A DNA stretch of 64,000 nucleotides from Chiloscyllium plagiosum (lineage: Eukaryota). Below, one piece after another: positions 11,824-24,324 of the stretch; within the stretch, counting starts at the first letter, position 1, and every line of letters begins with the position of its first letter. The notes under the pieces were generated by a model. The model saw only the letters and a list, made by a program, of their open reading frames with translations. It made no database searches and had not been told where the DNA came from. Where the stretch lies: contig NC_057725.1 in assembly GCF_004010195.1 (NCBI RefSeq), positions 57,854,218 to 57,918,217 of the forward strand, read 5' to 3'. The position numbers and the translations under genes are program-made.

Positions 11824-12020
11824 CAAAAACAGAAACTGCTGGAAAAGCTCAGTCGGTCGGGCAGCATCTGTGAAGAGAAATCAGAGTTAACGTTTCGCGT
11901 CCGGTGACCCTTCCTCAGAAACTTTCTCTCTTCACAGATGCCGCCAGATCTGCTGAGCTTTTCCAGTAACTTCTGCTTTTGTTTCTGATTTACAGCATCC
12001 GCAGTTCTTTTGGGTTGTAT
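11824..12020. mobile_element. Inverted-repeat dimer of family C pseudo-LTR
   Basis: Arms CAGAAACTGCTGGAAAAGCTCAG...CTGTGAAGAGA and TCTCTTCACAG...CTGAGCTTTTCCAG; TATTTAATAGCAA (11811-11823) and TATTTAATTGCAA (12025-12037) form a TSD with one mismatch. Confidence 0.8.
11889..11918 (-). ncRNA. Minimal hammerhead ribozyme motif (family C)
   Basis: Minus strand reads CUGAGGA-A-GGGUC-ACCG-GACGC-GAAA-CG-UU, with one mismatch in helix II. Confidence 0.7.
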
Positions 12021-12899
12021 TTAGTATTTAATTGCAATGTTGATGGTCACCAAAATCCACCTGGAATTCACGCACCAAGAATTTCATGTAAATGAAACTG
12101 AGTTGCGAAAGACTTACCGGTGTACAGTGAGATGTGCGGTGAACTGATAATCTCAAACTTCACTCCAGGGAAAAATGGCCGCCACTAGAACAGAGACATA
12201 TAATCAGTGAGCAGGTATAGCTGGTGAGAGATTTTTTGCCAGTGTGTCAATCACAAAGTGGGACCCCAGATGGTTACACAATTTATGATAGTAGAGGAAA
12301 TTAATTCTCTCCGCAGAAGAAGTCAAAACACTTATTTTATAAGGAAAAACTTTAATTGTTCTTTTATTTGTACTCTGCCGTAGAATTGACCTACATTTTA
12401 AAAAGCATAATAAAGCCCCTTTGTCCCTTTCACCTGGACTCACCATGGGATTAGAATAATTTCAGAAGTCCTCTGCTGTCTCATCGAGGCAATTATTTTT
12501 CATGTGTGACCCTAGCCACTAGCGTGGCAACATTATTAATTTGTGGAGGACCCCAGATAATTCAACCCTTGTCTTTATCCAATATTCAGCTGCATGTGCT
12601 TTCTGTTAGGGGTTCAGAAGATAATTAGCAGGAGTGGAATCCCTGCCTTAGAGCATGGGACCTGGCAGAAATGATTAACTCTGCCTATATTCAGAGACTA
12701 AATGGTTAATCAAAACCTCAACACATTAGCCCATCAATCTCATCTACATACTACCAATCACCCATAACTCAGATTAGCAATATTAGCAGGGTTAAAAATC
12801 AGATTTATCACATCATACTTAGAAAGTAACTCTAGAAAATTGGCACGAGTCATTACAATTTGGAGAGATTATTTTGCAAATGTTATTACAAAATAGAAT

Positions 12900-13050
12900 A
12901 AATAATTACATTTAATCAGCATATCAACACATTAAAATCCCAAGATGCTTCAAACACAGTGAAGCACTTTCGAAGTGTAATAACTAGTGTTATGTGGACA
13001 AACGCAGCACTTTCACATTAGTATCCCATTCACAAAAGTGAGATAAATTG
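12900..13050 (-). mobile_element. Deu-domain SINE (SacSINE1/AmnSINE1-like) 3' relic
   Basis: CCCAAGATGCTTCA..CAGTGAAGCACTTTCGAAGTGTA resembles the Deu-SINE tail (from recall). Confidence 0.5.
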
Positions 13051-13059
13051 ATAGTTTTG

Positions 13060-13136
13060 GGGCTCTTTTGGTACAGTGGTAGCATCCCTATCTCTGAGCT
13101 GGAAAGTCCAGGTTCAAGTCCCACGTGCTCCAGAGT
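13060..13136 (+). mobile_element. Short tRNA-derived SINE head
   Basis: A box TGGTACAGTGG and B box GGTTCAAGTCC; a similar head lies at 49304-49380. Confidence 0.55.
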
Positions 13137-14694
13137 CAGATATATTCTGGGGAGGGAGCTGATAGGGGTGAAATCTGGGGTAGGAAAGGCCAGAGATGGG
13201 GTAAATGCCAAACTGGTAACACTTTGTTGGATGTCCTCTGTTGAGGTACCTGAACCCAGCTTAAGCGACCATCAGCCCCTCCCAGTGAAACATGGAGGCT
13301 GGACACATGGTGCTGACCTCTCACCATCGGAGAGAAGATCCCAAGAATGGTGGGAGGAATCCTTTATAATAGGCACCAATTTGCTCAAGGGTGGGCAGGC
13401 CAACCAATGCCATAAAAACGTAAGATGCAGGAGCACATTTAGACCATTCGGTCCACCTAGTTTGCTCCATGATTCGATCAGGCTGAATAGACTGGTTAGA
13501 CTGTGCCAGGGAGGGCACAGGCATAACATCCATGGTATGCTGCAATTTTTAGAATCTTCCCCGCCTGCCAAACAACTCCCTGGGACCATGAAATTCAACC
13601 CATTGTCATGAAGCCATTAACGTTAATGGGTTATTTATACATGAGAGGTAATGTTGCAATGTATCCTTTAACCAGCACTGCTTTCAGTTTCTTTACACAG
13701 TCATGTCAAAAGAAATCAATTGGTTTTACGTTTCTTAGAAATATTATGTGGTCTTCAGAGGCATTTAATAATTGGGAAATTACTCCGTCCATGTATATTC
13801 ACCAATTTGCCTTCACTGGTGTTGCCAGAAACCAGAGAAATGTAAGTGGCTCAGTCTGGTAAACAAGCCCAGTTCACCTCACGCCCAATGACCGGAAACA
13901 GCCTGCCTGGCTCACCCACAATGGTGGGGCACTATCGATATTTGCTAAAACATGCCACCTTCCTTGGAATATAGCACGCCGGCTTGCAATCAGCCTTCAG
14001 AACATCCTCTTTATAGCCGTAAACACATTCAAAGAGAAACAGAAGCTCAGTCCAACAGCAACAACAAATATTGCACCACTCATCCGACAGCCATTTCAAT
14101 GAGGTCTCCCTTTGAAAGCCTGTTCATACATTCCAACCAACAGTAAAGAAGTAGGGAACTTTACAAAGGCTTCCTTTGTGAAGAGAATGCAGTTTTGTAA
14201 ACATTACAGTGCCAGACCTCATTTGATTTCAAGTCCTTGCATTCTTCCTCCTGTATGGTTTAAATGTGACAACTTTACTAGGGTACAACAGACTATCTGG
14301 AGCAGATTTCGAAGAGAGTCTCTAGGGGCAATGCTACAAATCAACAGCAAACACACTGTATCACTGCCAAACAAACAGCTTTTGAAAGGTGCACTTGATT
14401 TCTGACAGGTAAACCTAAAAGCTGTATTGGAATTTGCCTTGACCCTTTAGGGAAAAAGAAACATATTTTCAGGGGAGGAGCACAGCTAAATGCCCCAACG
14501 GGAGAATGATAGCTTCAAATTAAATGTCTTCACCCTAGAGAGAATGAAGACATGTCTATGTGCTGTTTGTCTACAATTTTATTTCAGAAGATTTTCAGCA
14601 ATTTTATTTGAAGCTTGTACTTTTAATAATTTGGTTTGAACCATTTGAGATCAAAATACAGCAAGATCTAAGTACATGGAAAATGGCGAATATT

Positions 14695-14905
14695 TAGAAT
14701 CCCTACAGAGTGACAGCAGGCCATTCAGCCTATCAAGTCCACACCAACCCTCTGAAGAGCATCAAGGAAACTGGAGCACCTGGAGGAAACCCACGCAGAC
14801 AGGGGGACGATGTACAAACTCCACACAGACAGTCGCCTGAGGATGGAATCGAACCTAGGCCCCGGTGCTATAAAGCACCAGTGCTAACCACACAGCCACC
14901 ATGTC
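14695..14905 (-). mobile_element. HE1 SINE, internally deleted
   Basis: GGAAACCCACGCAGACA...CAAACTCCACACAGACAGTCGCCTGAGG..GGAATCGAACC...GTGCTAACCAC. Confidence 0.8.
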
Positions 14906-15269
14906 CTTAAATACTAAAAGGCAGTGAACTATTTCCTGCCGAATTTTGCAATCTTTTGCCAAACTTATTAAAGGCAGCACACATTCAACTGGGTTATTAT
15001 AAAATAATCCTGAGGTGTGTAAGTAGCAGCAGGGCCTCACAATATTTCCGAGAGGTAATAGCAACACAATGGCCAGATTTTAACTCTGTAAGTAAATGAG
15101 TAAGTTAAAATGTCTGAGGTTTTTTTTAAAGTATCACACACAAGGTAAATCTGAGGTACAAAAGTGAACTACTGCATTTGCACACTAGCCTGATTTCTAT
15201 AAAGACAGAAATGTTATATAGTTGCCATTTGAACACATTGCTAATTAAAGAGTGGATAGGAAACTAAAC

Positions 15270-15545
15270 ATTTATAACGTCAAACTGAGGCCCTCTCTTT
15301 ATCTTTCAAGAGCAGAAGAAAAGCAAGGAAGCTACTGGTCAATTGGTCTTGACCAATCCCTCAACTAAGATTCACCAAACCAGATTATTTGGTGGTTTAT
15401 CAAACTCCTCTTTGTGGAGCCTTGTGGCTACCACATTTTTTACATTATAGCAGTGGTACTGTGTAAGCACATAATTGTCTATGAAGTGCTTCTAGCTATC
15501 CTGTTCACCATGACGGACTACATAATATAAACGCAAGTCTTTTTC
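15270..15545 (+). mobile_element. Deu-domain SINE relic
   Basis: GACGTCAAACTGAGGCCC-like segment, ATCCCTCAAC..CACCAAACCAGATTATTTGGT and AAACGCAAGTCTTTTT tail. Confidence 0.55.
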
Positions 15546-16719
15546 AAAACTGTAGGTCAAAGGAATCAAGTATGGAAAGGGGCAGGCAGGAAAGGCCACA
15601 AGCAGGTCAGCCATGAATGGTGGAATGGGCTTAATGAGTCCAATGGACTGTCCTGCTGCTTTTTCTTTTGTTATATTTGCATGTGGAAATCAGGAAATGG
15701 CTACTGTGTGGCTTATTTTCTGAGTGAGCATGTGCCAATCATATTGACATGAACATTGCCTTTGGTGGTGAAGGAATGAAGCTCGCTGTTCATTACCCTT
15801 ACAGTTTCCTGGTCTTTGTATCAATTGTTGAGCGCACAGTCCATGATTACTACACACCCTGGAGTTCTGTGGTGTGCACGTATTAGAGTAAGTAGCTATG
15901 TATCTCTTCCAGCAGTCACATGGATGAGTCCTCCCAGATACATTGCACATTAAAATAGGCTCAGTACTTTGGATGATCTCAAATTTGTGCAGATATGCAC
16001 AAATTTTTATTGTAACTTACATTGTGTGTAACCCTGGTGCAGATGATGTCACTAACAATTGCCCTAAATGTGTTCCTCAAAGCCCATGATTGTGATATAT
16101 CAGCAAGGCAGATATATCCAAGTATACTCTCAATTAACCTGCTGGAATATATCTTTGTGAACAGAGGGCCCAACTGATGACTATTGGAAACAATACTAAT
16201 CGATGGCATCCTACATGTAATGGGGTTCTTCTACTAAATGAACAGACTAGTCTCCATGCTTCAAAGTGAATTTGGAAAAGAATCTTCTGACAGAAAAAGG
16301 TAGTGTTTAATTCTTCTAGCAGTGATAATGTGTGTGGACATCTTTTAAAGGTTGAAGTGTCGTGGATGCAAGTATTCTCTTGTAGTAGTTACATTTCATA
16401 TCAAGGTGAGATATAAACCAGTTCAGATTGCCCAACGTACACAAAGGTCACAATATTCCTCTTGAAGTAAATTTGTATTTACTGACGCCCACCACCTTTC
16501 ACGAAGTCCAGAAATAAAGCAACAGCCAGTATAATCTTTCCAGAAAAGCATTAGAATCCAATTCAGATAATCCAGCGATGTAATGCCTAATACCATCTGT
16601 AGAGTCCTGGAGCATTGGAGTGCTGGGCTTGCATTTTCATCAGTGGGTTTTTGAAATCTATAAGTCCTGAATTTTCTGAAGGCAAGGAAGGACTATATGA
16701 TTACTGTTGGGCTCTAATG

Positions 16720-17015
16720 GATGATCCAGCACTCTGGGATTGCTGGTAGATTCTATCAATGAAGATCTGGCACTGGGATTAGTGCCAGTTGCAAGCAGTC
16801 AGGATCCAGCACTGGGAATATTATTGGCCTGTGAATGACAGTCCAGCACTGGCAGTATTGCTGGATTTCTCCAATAGAGAATTAGCACTGACATTATTGC
16901 CGACTGCGATCAATACAGACCCTGAATAGGAATACTGCTGACCTTAAAGTGAGGACCTGGCACTGGGAAGACTGCTTCCCTTTGAACGGGAAAAAAAGTA
17001 CTCAGCATTGCTGGT
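16720..17015. repeat. Degenerate minisatellite, about 8 units with a period near 38 bp
   Basis: The motif (GAT)CCAGCACTGGGA(A)TATTGCTGG recurs at about 16726, 16767, 16806, 16843, 16882, 16920, 16957 and 16996. Confidence 0.7.
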
Positions 17016-17681
17016 CAGCTCTGTGCCATTAAAGCTACAAAGTTTCCCAAAACTTTGTCTTTAAGAAGTTGAGAATTCTGCATGCTGTTCCCATCCTGGC
17101 AGGCACGACTTTGGATAAAGCTTACACATTTCAGAAAGAGCTCATTCCATTCACACACATCATCAATCAAGAACAAAATCAGAACGGCCTTTCATTTCCT
17201 TCTACTGAGAATAAAAGTTCTGTAGCATATCACAGTGGAACACAATAAGGGTATGTGCAGGCTGAAAAGGAAAGAATCCCTGGTTGATTGTAAAATGCAT
17301 TCTGCCTGAATACCTCACAGCATGGTTCAGTCTATAGATCATGCTGAAAGGTGTAACAACTGCATGCAAAGTTCCTTTGCCAAATCCATATATCAAACAT
17401 TTGTGCCTGCCATTCTCCAGGCACCAGAATTCAAACACTGCACTTTCATGACACAGGGAAAAATTAGTCAATTTGCAATTACGTTCCTGACAAAGATTTG
17501 CAGCAGCTTGTCAATTGAAAGAGAAACAGCACTGCCTCAACTGACCTCAGGATATCCTCATTGATAGAAATTGAATAGTCTGGCCTGAAACAGTCTCCCT
17601 TAGCAGCAGAGCATATTCTACATTATACTATACAATACTTTGGTTCTCACAAAACAGTGCACTCACTGATGAAAAAGACAT

Positions 17682-18125
17682 GAGGGGCAACTATTTATTG
17701 CACAGAGAGTGGTTTGGGTATTGAATGAACTTCCAGAGGAAGTGGTGGAAGTGGGTACAGTTACAATGCTTAAAAGACATTTAGATAAGTACATGATTAG
17801 AAGGTTTAAAATCACATAACACCGGGTTACAGTCTAACAGGTTTATTCAGAGGCAGCTAGCTTTTGAGGTGCTGCTTCTTCATCAGGTGGTTGTGCAGTG
17901 CTTTGAAAGCTCGTGCTTCCAATAAACCTGTTGGACTATAACTTACTGTTGTGTAGTTTTTAACTTTGTCCACCCCAGTCTAACACCGGCACCTCCAAAT
18001 CATGAAGAGGAAAGGTTTGGAGGGATATGGGCCAAGCATAGGCAGGCGGCACTAGTTTAGCTTGGCATTATGATTGGCATGGACTGGTTGGACCGAAGGG
18101 TCTGTTTCCATACTGTATGACCCAC
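17682..18125 (+). mobile_element. HER1/CR1 3' fragment interrupted by a PLE dimer
   Basis: GGGGCAAC..CACAGAGAGTGG...GGACCGAAGGGTCTGTTTCCATACTGTATGA. Confidence 0.8.
17806..18003. mobile_element. Inverted-repeat dimer of family B pseudo-LTR
   Basis: AAAATCACATAACACCGGGTTACAGTCTAACAGGTTTATT...TTCATCAGG and GAAAGCTCGTGCTTCCAATAAACCTGTTGGACTATAAC...CCCCAGTCTAACACCGGCACCTCC. Confidence 0.8.
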
Positions 18126-19411
18126 TATGGTAATTTGCTAACATATCTCCAAATTTTGTCATGTACAGGGGAAGCTTTCAGAATGCATTTAATGGATTTT
18201 TTTCTCAAGCTCAGGAAAGGTCTCCAGCTTACTCAGAACAGCACCAGAGCTGCAGTTCCAAAACTCCCACCCATGAACCCAGTGCCCACCATTTCTGTTA
18301 ATGAGGTGGGGAGTGTGGTGAACAAACAAGGGTGCATCATAATTTACACATTTGATACTGACAGAGGCAGCTGCAAATGTGAGAGTAGAGCTGCCTTCAA
18401 ACTGAGTCAACTTTCATGACAGGATCCAAAACATGACAGGGGTGGCTTCAGATATTTGACTAAACATATAAAGCTTCAAGAGAGTAGGGTAACCTTTAAG
18501 ATAGGTCCAAGGCACCTTTTGGAGAACCAAGATGCACCCTGAGAATGGTAAAGAGCCCTTTAGAAACCCTTTGAAAAAAGTAGATATGAATGTTTTTTTT
18601 AAAGAAGTGAATAGGCTATGTAGACCTGTCATGATTTTGAAGCATTTAAATCTCCTGCCATTTAAATCTAAAAAGACTATGGTTAAGAAAAAAAAAACAT
18701 GCAATTTCATTGTCTGTTGTTATAAGTCTGAGTGTTATCATTGTATGATTAATTCTGCGTAACTTATCCAGTGGGGAATCTGTCACTGAACCTTTTGATT
18801 GTCAGCTCTAAGTAGTGATAAAGGTTATAATGTGTGGTATGAATACAAAACAGTATCTTTCTAAAGTTTGTGGAGTTCTATAAAATGTTTGATTTTGTAA
18901 AGGATTAAAAGTAGTTGAAGGAATTTTCAGGCATTGAATGTGTCTTTGTGAATATTTAATTTACAAATATAACGTTTGCAACAGACACTTAGAACGTTGT
19001 TTCATTTCAAGCTCAGCTTGGCTCCTGACATCCGGCCATGAAGGAGTTGACATGCAAGATCTAAGGACAGTAAATGGTGAGTGAGGAACATGGGTTGGCA
19101 TGAGTTGGCACTAATTTAGCATAGGCTTATGAGGGTCATAGTTGGGTAGAGAAAAATTGGTTGGCACAGTGAGGATGAGGAGCACTGAGAGTTGAGTAGA
19201 GGGGTTTTGGTTGGCATGGGATATGTAGGGAAATGAGAGGAGGGTGGGTTGCATAACATGACAAGGTTAGGGAAATGAAAGAGCTGAAATGATCTTAGTG
19301 TCGAAGAGTGGAGTTTCTTGCTTTAGCTTTTTCTTATACATCCAGAGCATTGGGGTTGACATGTAGCTGCCATTCACACTGTTTAGGGGACTGGGCAAAC
19401 CAGATTCCTGG

Positions 19412-19742
19412 TCATAGAGTCATAGAGATGTACAGCATGGAAACAGACCCTTTGGTCCAACCCGTCCATGCTGACCAGATATCCCAACCCAATCTACTCC
19501 CACCTGCCAGCACTCAGTCCATATCCCTCCAAACCCTTCCTATTCATATACCCATCTTAAATGTTGCAATTGTACCAGCCTCCGCCACTTCCTCTGGCAG
19601 CTCATTCCATACACATACCACCCTCTGTGTGAAAAAGTTGCCCCTTAGGTCTCTTTTATATCTTTCCCCTCTCATCCCAAACCTATGCCCTCGAGTTCTG
19701 GACTCCCCAACCCCAGGGAAAAGACTTTGCTTATTTACCCTA
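19412..19742 (-). mobile_element. HER1/CR1 LINE 3' fragment
   Basis: (TCATAGAG)2 tail, then ATGTACAGCATGGAAACAGACCC and a segment nearly identical to 63200-63540. Confidence 0.88.
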
Positions 19743-20769
19743 CACCCTCCTCAAATCAAAAATCAGATCACCCAGGTAGTTCCTCAGAAACAAGATTGGA
19801 GGAACCAGGAAAGTACTGGACCCTGTGTTCTTCACTTGAGAGTAAAAATCTATGCCTTAATTCAATTTCTGCTCACACAAAAATTTCTACTACAGCTGCA
19901 TCCAGTACACAAATGTCTGCCTGGTTATTTATCTAAGTTTCCAATGAGCTACCTGTCCTGTGTCCCCAGTGATAATTGCTAGCTAAGTGCAACTACTGAT
20001 CTGATTTAACAGGCATTCTGTTATCATACAATTTGCCAGCCACATTTTATGATACTTTGCAAAACTGTGGAATCAGTGAGATAACTGAACAGACAAATGG
20101 TTTTCAAGAGAGATTGAAGAGTAATGAGAAACAGGAACTGTGCTTGTGCTGTTAGACTGTTGGCTAAGGACACAAACATTTACCTGACCTGCTGTGCTTT
20201 TCCAGCACCACACTTTTTGACTATAAACATTCACCGCCAACTCCCGAAAACCACCAACCTCCCATCTCAGGTACTTGGAGGCCAAGATATATGTTAGAAT
20301 ATTCAGAAGACATACAATCATAATGCATAGCTGCCCAAATCAGATTCACTGAATCCATAAATTAACAAGACCATATAGATGTGGCCATGCCTTCAAAATG
20401 AGGATGGCATTTGCTCTTGGCAAGAAACTGAGCATGGAGTCTTTTATCATGGGGATGTTGTTGCACTGCAGATACCACCTAACTCTATCTGACCAGGAAA
20501 GTTTCTTACTTAATGCTCAGCACATTTAACTGATTATCAACCTACCTGACCGAGATGTGACTCAACTTCTACTACCCCTCAAGCTGAAACCCAAGCTTTC
20601 AACCCAGAGGTACGGCCATTACCACTGTAGCAAAGGACCTCCCAGTCAGTTCCCGTTTCAACCCTATTTGATAAATGCATTCAGTTGTTGGACTTACCTG
20701 ACGTCATCATAAAATCTTACACAACTCTTTGAAAGTGGTCGATTGTCACATCAAACCTCATTTAAATTA

Positions 20770-23380
20770 CTGAATTGAATTGAATTTATTGTCACGTGAA
20801 CCGAGGCACAGTGAAAAGCTTTGCCTTGCGAGCAATACAGGCAGATCATAGAGTTAAGTAGCATAGACAAGTAAATAATTGGCAAATAATTGGCAAACAA
20901 TGGCAAAAACAAAACCACAGGTACAGGCAAATGTTAAGCGTTTGTGAGTCCATTCAGTATTCTAACAACAGTAGGGTAGAAACTGTTGCAAAACCGGCTG
21001 GTGCACGTGTTCAGGCTTCCGTACCTTCTTCCCAATGGTAGAGGTTGTAGAAAAACATTGCCAGGGTGGGATGGATCTTTGAGGCCTTTCCTTGACAATG
21101 GGCCTGGTAGATGGATTCTATAGATGGGAGGTTGGCCTTTGTGATTGTCCGGGCCGAGTTCACCACTTTCTGTAACAGTCTCCGATCTTGAATGGTACAG
21201 TTGCCATACCAGGTAGTGATACATCCAGACAGAATGGTCTCAATGGCGCACCTATAAAAGTTGGCAAGGGTATTCACTGTCATGGCAAATTTCCTCAGCT
21301 CTCTGAGGAAGAAAAGGCCTTTGTAACCAATGCATCCACATGAAGAGTCTAAGAAAGCTTGTTGTGGATGACCACTCCTAGGAGCTTAACACTCTCCACT
21401 CATTCCACCTCTGTGCTGTTAATGTGTATATGTGTGTGTGTGTGTGTGTGNNNNNNNNNNNNGGGGGGGGGAAGGAAGGGGGGGGGGGGTGGGGTCAGGA
21501 GTAACATCCATCAGAAGTCAATAATGAGTTCCTCGGTTTTGCTGGCATTAAGAGCTAGGTTGTTCTCAGTGCACCATTTTTCCACCTCTCATCTATATTC
21601 TGTTTTGTTGCCATCTGAGATAGGACCGACTTTGTAATTGGCATTGGTCTGGTATTTGGCAACGCAGTTATGGATATATAGTGAGTACAGTAGGGGGCTG
21701 AGTATGCACCCCGGGGGACTCCAGTGTTGAGTGTTAGTGACAATGAAATATTGTCGCCAGTTTTCACTGATTGTGGCCTGTTGGTCAGGAAACTGAGGAT
21801 CCAGTTGCAGAGAGTGGGGCTTAGTCCGAGATCACTAAGTTTAGTAATCAGCCTCGGGAGGATAATAATGTTGAAGGCTGAACTGTAGTCAATGAGTAGG
21901 ATTATTATGTAGCTGTTCTTGGTGTCATGATGTTCCAAGGAGGAGTGAAGGGCAAATGATATGGCATCTGACGTGGATTGGTTGTTCCAATAGGCAAATT
22001 GGAGGGGATCAAGAGTAATGGGGAGGCTGGAATTGCTTAATGCCATGACCAGCCTTTCAAAGCACTTCATGACCACTGAAGTTAGGGCACTGGGCAGTAG
22101 TCATTGAGACAGGCTGCATGAGCCTTCTTAGGCACAGGGATGATTTTGGCCCTCTTGAAACAGGCAGGGCTAGTAGCCTACTGCAGGGAGAGGTTGAAGA
22201 TGTCCGAGAAGATTTCTGCCAGTTGATCTGTGCATGCTCTGAGTGCACGGCCTGGTACTCCGCCTGGTCCCATCGCTTTCCTTGGATTCACTCAAAGGAA
22301 AACTGATCTGACCGCTGATGCAGTGACTGTTGGGATAGGTTCATCAGGACTTGTCAGAATAGGTGTTACCTCTCTGCTGAAATTCTGCTCAGAATGAGCA
22401 TAGAAGGCATTGAGACAATCTGGGAGGGATATGTCATCGTCTGCTATCTTGCACTTTCTCTTTTAGAACCTGTGATGTCATTCAGTCCTTGCCATTGTTG
22501 CCGGGAGTCTGTCTGGGTCTCTAGTTTGGATCGGTATTGGTCCTCAGCTGTCTTAATGGCTCTGCGAAGGTCATACTTGGATTCCTTCTATTTGAGTGCT
22601 TCTCCTGATCTGAAGGCCTCATGCCTGGTTTTTAGCAGGTTCTGTATGTCCTGATTCATCCAGGGTTTCCTGTTGGGGAACACACGGATTAGCTTGCTCG
22701 GTATGCAGTCCTCAACACACTTGCTGATAAAGTCTGTGATACTGGTGGCGTACTCATCCAAGGTACCTGAACCATGAATATGGCCCAATCAGCCGATTCC
22801 AGACAGCATTGCAGTTGATCCTCTGCCTCCCCCGACCAGCACTGGACCTGTATCCACGAGGGGGTCTCCTGCTTGAGCTTTTGCTTGTAAGCTGGGAGAA
22901 GAAACATAGCATTGTGATCAGAGTTCCCGAAATGAGGGCAGGGGATGGAGCAGTAGGCATCCTTCACAGTGGCGTTGCAGTGGTCTATAATGTTTGAGCC
23001 CCTCGTGGGGCAGGTAATGTTCTGGTGGTACTTGGGCAACGCCTTCTTAGATTGGCTTGATTGAAGTCACCAGTCACATTAAGCAGGACCTCAGGGTATT
23101 CCGTCTCCAGGGTGTTAGTGGTCGAGTACAGCACATCCAGAGCTTCCTCAACATTTCCTTGTGGCGATATGTACACAGCAGTTAGTATAGCAGCGGTAAA
23201 TTCCCTTGGTAGATAGAAGGGGCATTTGATGGTGAGAAGTTCAAGGCTTGGGGAGCAATGACTGCCCAGGGTTGCAATGTCTGTGTGCTACAAGTTGTTG
23301 ATTAAAAAGCAAACCCCTCCACCCTTTGTCTTACCTGAGGACGCTGTACGGTCCATACGATGGATATAAAAATCATCAGC
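20770..23380 (-). mobile_element. Rex1/Babar-clade non-LTR retrotransposon, decayed, 5'-truncated within the APE domain
   Basis: APE motifs (GDFNQANL, CPTRGSNIIDHC, PHFGNSDH), RT motifs (VMKCFERLV..LDPLQFAY..STSDAI..IDYSSAFN, LCNWILSFLTNRPQSV), C-terminal FYRCAIETILSGCITTWYGNC, and 3' AATAAA plus (TTCAA)n tail. Confidence 0.88.
21430..21494. repeat. (TG)n microsatellite, 12-N assembly gap and G-run
   Basis: Directly visible; the Ns are at 21451-21462. Confidence 0.95.
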
Positions 23381-24039
23381 CTGGTATTAAACAAATGTCA
23401 ATGATAATACTATTGTATCTTCACGGTAAAATGTTCATAATTTAACTCCTTCAGTTTAAATACTTCACCTTTCCATCTCAGCATTTCCAGAAAGAACAAC
23501 AGCCTACCAGCATATTCCTGGGAGTTGAACCGTTTTGCAGACTGTGCATGACTCAGTCGGGTATAGGTATATGTCATATTTGAACAAACAGTCTTTATTT
23601 CTCTGCATCAGAGCAAGCAGAGTGTTGGAGATTAAATGCATTACCCCTCACCTCTGCCCTACTAATTCACCAAATAATCAATGCTCCTCTTGGTGTGAAC
23701 ACCACTATTTATTTAAAGGGCTGAGATCATCGATAAGGGTATTCCAACAGAGTCCTTGAAATATTCTGTTGAAGAAACACAATCTGCTTTGAATACCTTA
23801 TCACAACTTAGACATATTAGATCCCATTAACCACTTCACTTTGCAGGAGTTCCTACACCTAATGGAACACAATGCTTCACGTGATTGTTATTGAAACATT
23901 TCATCATTTGAAGACACAAGAAGAGTAAAATAATCTGAAAAAGACACCAGGTAGGCCAAAAGCTCACTTTGTTAAAAATAAGAAATTGCTTTTGACCCTA
24001 GTTGCATATAATGCTTTTGAATGATACTATTGGAAAGAA

Positions 24040-24280
24040 AGGACTTGCATTCATGCAGTAAATTAGCATGTCCTCAGAATGACTGAAAAAAACAATGTGC
24101 AGCCAAAAATTAGTTTTTGAAAATTTGTTTTGGTAGGTAAATATAGCAGCTGTTTTACATGCAGCGGGACCCTGCCATCAATAAATAAGAACAAGTGACC
24201 AGTTCATTAATCTCAATGTTTTTGGTTGGGGGATGAACGTTGGTCAAGACACAATGTGAACTCCCTGCCATCTTTGAAAA
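24040..24280 (-). mobile_element. Deu-domain SINE relic
   Basis: GGACTTGCATT...TGACCAG...TTGGTTGGGGGATGAACGTTGGTCAAGACAC..GAACTCCCTGC. Confidence 0.6.
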
Positions 24281-24324
24281 ATTCATTAAAACACAGATTA
24301 AGCCATGGCTAAAATGAAAAAAGG

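Noticed and set aside
13048-13611. 187-aa plus-strand ORF
   Set aside because: It runs through a SINE head and degenerate repeat sequence, with no protein motif.
13759-13841. Possible exon (CTTCAG acceptor, GTAAGT donor)
   Set aside because: The polypyrimidine tract is weak, no frame gives a recognisable peptide, and there are no partner exons.
15690-15950. Cys-rich ORF with EGF-like VCSNHGLC
   Set aside because: Cysteine spacing does not fit an EGF or integrin repeat, and I saw no convincing splice sites.
16720-17015. CRISPR-like repeat/spacer appearance
   Set aside because: Vertebrate context, highly degenerate repeats, variable parts of only about 17 nt, and no cas genes.
19308-19982. 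224-aa plus-strand ORF
   Set aside because: Its middle is the antisense strand of a HER1/CR1 3' end, so it is a chance open frame.
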